From: an uncultured Gammaproteobacteria bacterium
Lineage (GTDB): Bacteria; Pseudomonadota; Gammaproteobacteria; DRLM01
Assembly: GCA_947259075.1 (NCBI GenBank)
Contig: CAMYKQ010000038.1
Span: forward strand, 18,750 to 82,749
Length of the DNA stretch: 64,000 bases
Reading direction: 5' to 3'
The translations under genes and the position numbers were made by a program. The notes beneath the pieces were generated by a model. That model did no database searches. It saw only the letters and a program-made list of their open reading frames with translations, and was not told the DNA's origin. Positions 61,315 through 64,000 of this stretch are shown one piece after another; the stretch's first letter is position 1, and each line of letters begins with the position of its first letter.

Positions 61315-62621
61315 GGGAAGCGTCCTTGCACCAGTTGCGAGCGAAAGCTGACATTGCCGGCGGGGTCCAGGGCTTGCACCACCAGCACATTGCTGCCGCT
61401 CTCCAATTCGAGCTCATATTCGAAGTCGCCGTCGGCCCGCGGGGTGACCGGCTTGCCGGCGATCAGCAGCCGTGCGCCGGGCTCGGTGTGGCCGCGCACT
61501 CTTTGTTTGGACTCAGTGGTGATAGCCGGAGGAAATTCCACGCTCAGCAGCGGCGGGTCGGTGTCGCGCACTAATTCGAAGGCGCGCGCCGCGCTGGGCG
61601 GGCTTTCCGCCAAGGACGTCAGGCCGCTGACCCGCCAATAGTATTTCCCCGGCTTTAAATTGCCGTGAGTGTAGTGTTTCTCGGCGAGCGTGGTGGAGAT
61701 CACGATGTTGCCGAAGGCGGGATCGCGCGCCAGACTGAAATGAAAACGTTCCGTTTTTTCCTTCGTGTCCCAGCGGAATTGCACTTGCGGCGCTAGATCG
61801 CGGTAGTAATACACGCTGGCGTCGCCGGGTGCCGTGGGCAGCGGCGCCTTGGGCGGGGTGATGGCGCGGGTCGCCACGCCCGCGTCGCTGATGGTGGCGG
61901 CTTGATTGGCTTCGATGCGCAAGGCTTTGCCGCTGGCGGTGAGTAATTCCGCCATGCCGCTGAACACCGCGAGGGTGGATGTGTTATCGGGATTCACGGT
62001 GATCTTGAAGTCGGTCTCGCCCCGCGCCGCGGCGGTGGAGCTTAGCCGCGCCACGCCGTTGGGCGTGGCGACTTCCAAATGAATCGCGTCGCCGCTACTG
62101 GCCGTGAGTGTGCCGGACAGTTCGCCGTCCACCGCCATGGAGAAGGCGCGCCGGCCGCGCAATATAGGATCGCTTTCCATGCGGCGTATCACCACCAGCG
62201 AGTTCTCGCCCAGTTGCAGACGGTTATTTTCATCGAAGGCGATGACCGCCGTGGCGCCTTTCTGTGTTTGCACGGCGTCGCGATCGCGCAGCGCCATGCC
62301 GGCTTGGGCGTCGCGCCAGGCAATGGCGTCGGCCTGTTTGCTTTTCACCGTTTGCTGCGTGGTGCTGAGGGTGGCTACCACCGAGCTCGCATCGCCCAAA
62401 TGACCGTCCGCGCCGGGTCCCGACACCAATATATCCCGTCCGCCGGCGCCGCCGCGCGCCGCGCCCTTATCGCCGCGCATCAGGTCTTGGAAGCCGGTGC
62501 CGAGGGGAAAGAAGGTTTGCATCATGCCGAGGATGATGGCAAAGAAAACCAGCACCAAAACGATCGCGGCGACCGTTTCGGCGGATTTCGCCATAGCTGA
62601 CTTTAGCCGTCCAGGCACCAT
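61311..62621 (-). CDS. Membrane-anchored FecR-domain protein with a C-terminal Ig-like domain.
   Basis: N-terminal TM AAIVLVLVFFAIILGMM. FecR-like segment AVIAFDENNRLQLGENSLVVI. C-terminal beta-sandwich-like RVRGHTEPGARLLIAGKPV...ALDPAGNVSFRS. Its stop overlaps the HK start (ATGA). Confidence 0.7.
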   Translation of the reverse strand: MVPGRLKSAMAKSAETVAAIVLVLVFFAIILGMMQTFFPLGTGFQDLMRGDKGAARGGAGGRDILVSGPGADGHLGDASSVVATLSTTQQTVKSKQADAIAWRDAQAGMALRDRDAVQTQKGATAVIAFDENNRLQLGENSLVVIRRMESDPILRGRRAFSMAVDGELSGTLTASSGDAIHLEVATPNGVARLSSTAAARGETDFKITVNPDNTSTLAVFSGMAELLTASGKALRIEANQAATISDAGVATRAITPPKAPLPTAPGDASVYYYRDLAPQVQFRWDTKEKTERFHFSLARDPAFGNIVISTTLAEKHYTHGNLKPGKYYWRVSGLTSLAESPPSAARAFELVRDTDPPLLSVEFPPAITTESKQRVRGHTEPGARLLIAGKPVTPRADGDFEYELELESGSNVLVVQALDPAGNVSFRSQLVQGRFP

Positions 62622-62807
62622 GTTGTTGCGCAGTCCTCGTCATCGCTAAGCACAAGCGTTTGTCCCCAATAAAATTTCGGTCTCTCGGGGGAGAACTTGA
62701 GCCGGGGCGGGACGGTGGGCGGGGCTGCGCTCGCCCTTGGTTTATCAGTGGTTAAAACAAGGGTTTGCGAGGCTCGCGGTGCGGAGGCGATCGCCGGGGG
62801 CCGGCGT

Positions 62808-64000
62808 TTAGCCGGCGTTCAGACGGTTCTCGACGTGGGCCTCGTCGCGCAGGCGGGTCAGCCAGGTTTGGAGTTCTTCGTCTATTTTGCGCTGGCGCAG
62901 GGCCTCGCGCGCCTGGCCGCGCATGAGGTTGGCGGTGTTGTCGTGACGGCGCCGCTCCAGCACTTGCACGATGTGCCAGCCGAAGTTGCTTTTAAAGGGC
63001 TGGCTGATCTCGCCCTCGCCCAAGACATTCATCGCTTTTTCAAAGTCCGGGGTCATGTCGCCGGGATTGGCCCAGCCCAGGTCGCCGCCGTTGGCCGCCG
63101 AGGCGGTGTCGTCCGACAGTTCCCGCGCCAGTTGCGCGAAATCCGCGTCCTGTTCGAGGCGGGCCCGCGCATCACGCAGCTGTTTTTCCGCGGTGCCGTC
63201 GCTGGTCATTTCGTCGGGGCGGATGAGGATGTGGCGGGCGTGGGTTTGGGTGACGATCTGGCGCTGGCCGTTACGTTTATCCAGTAATTTGATGATGTGA
63301 TAGCCGCTGGCGCTGCGGATCACGTCGCTGACGCCGCCCTTGTCCATGGCCGTCACCGCTTCGGTGAACAGGGTCGGCAGTTCCGCGAGCTTGCGCCAGC
63401 CCAGGTCGCCGCCTTCCAAGGCTTGCTGGCCGTCGGAGACCGCGATCGCGGTTTCTTGGAAATCGGCGCCGGCGCGCAGATTTTTTAGCGTGTCCTCCGC
63501 CTTTTCGCGCGCGGCGCGCAGGCGCTCGGGAGAGGCGGCGTCGGGCACGGCGATGAGGATATGGGCGAGATGGAATTCTTCGCCGGCATTGCCCTGCGCC
63601 TGCTGGGTGGCGAGGAAATTGTCGATTTCTTGTTCGGAGATGGTGACGCGGTCGGCGATTTGGCGCTGTTGCACGCGGCTGATGAGGATTTCCTTGCGAA
63701 TGTCTTCGCGGAAGGTGGCGAAGTCATAGCCGTCTTGCTCCAGCACGGCGCGGAATTCGCTGAGGCTCATGCGGTTTTCCTCGGCGATGCGGGCGATGGT
63801 GCGGTTGAGGGTTTCGTCATCCACCCGCACCCCGGAGCGCTCGGCCAATTGCAATTGCAGGCTGGCGAGGATCATGCGGTCGAGCACCTGTTTTTCCAGC
63901 ACGGCCTGCGGCGGCATGGGCGCGCGCTGTTGCTGCAGCTGTTGTTTGACGGTGCGCAGGCGGTTATTCAATTCGCCGCGGGTAATCACGTCGTTGTTGA
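62808..64000 (-). CDS. surA: Periplasmic chaperone / peptidyl-prolyl isomerase SurA. N-terminal part lies beyond the window end.
   Basis: Two parvulin domains (HILI..P...; GGDLGW...FGWHI). Aligns with E. coli SurA from about residue 40 onward. The frame stays open to position 64000. Confidence 0.85.
   Translation of the reverse strand, partial: NNDVITRGELNNRLRTVKQQLQQQRAPMPPQAVLEKQVLDRMILASLQLQLAERSGVRVDDETLNRTIARIAEENRMSLSEFRAVLEQDGYDFATFREDIRKEILISRVQQRQIADRVTISEQEIDNFLATQQAQGNAGEEFHLAHILIAVPDAASPERLRAAREKAEDTLKNLRAGADFQETAIAVSDGQQALEGGDLGWRKLAELPTLFTEAVTAMDKGGVSDVIRSASGYHIIKLLDKRNGQRQIVTQTHARHILIRPDEMTSDGTAEKQLRDARARLEQDADFAQLARELSDDTASAANGGDLGWANPGDMTPDFEKAMNVLGEGEISQPFKSNFGWHIVQVLERRRHDNTANLMRGQAREALRQRKIDEELQTWLTRLRDEAHVENRLNAG

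Overview
The window is high-GC (about 65%) chromosomal DNA with gammaproteobacterial gene order: hslVU, DUF971-ubiE-RDD-ubiJ-ubiB, glnA-ntrBC, glyQS-gmhB-plsC, rsmA-pdxA ... surA. I found no rRNA, tRNA, CRISPR or intact mobile element; the only mobile trace is an IS5-family transposase remnant between ubiB and nhaA.

Core genes present:
- a 5'-partial PAS histidine kinase, an alpha/beta hydrolase, two PEP-CTERM (exosortase-substrate) secreted proteins, and a single-chain ATP sulfurylase (sat)
- a STAND-ATPase/LuxR regulator
- nhaA, a phnA-domain protein, lysA, trmL
- an MnmA-like PP-loop sulfurtransferase overlapping a tusA-like gene directly upstream of glnA
- an omptin-like outer-membrane protein, and yceI

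Signalling content is dense: one HAMP-PAS-GGDEF-EAL protein, one Hpt-REC-REC-GGDEF protein, a dCache methyl-accepting chemotaxis protein followed by a COG2984 substrate-binding protein, and three tandem REC-GGDEF genes.

The most unusual locus is a roughly 17 kb, all-minus-strand block (45.7-62.6 kb) sitting between surA and pdxA, which are normally adjacent. It encodes:
- a membrane-anchored FecR-domain protein translationally coupled to a periplasmic-sensor histidine kinase
- three REC-GGDEF response regulators, the last with a pseudo-receiver and a degenerate GGDEF but an intact I-site
- a small secreted DUF11 protein
- a 3060-aa secreted giant protein: N-terminal DUF11-like module, Calx-beta domains, four near-identical tandem 116-aa repeats, Big, DUF11 and SdrD-B-like domains, an internal OmpA-like peptidoglycan-binding domain, Ig-like domains shared with the FecR protein, and a roughly 865-aa beta-rich C-terminal domain ending in an aromatic residue

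I interpret this as a candidate, apparently undescribed c-di-GMP-controlled cell-envelope/adhesin module. All functional calls rest on motif recognition by eye; no database searches were run.
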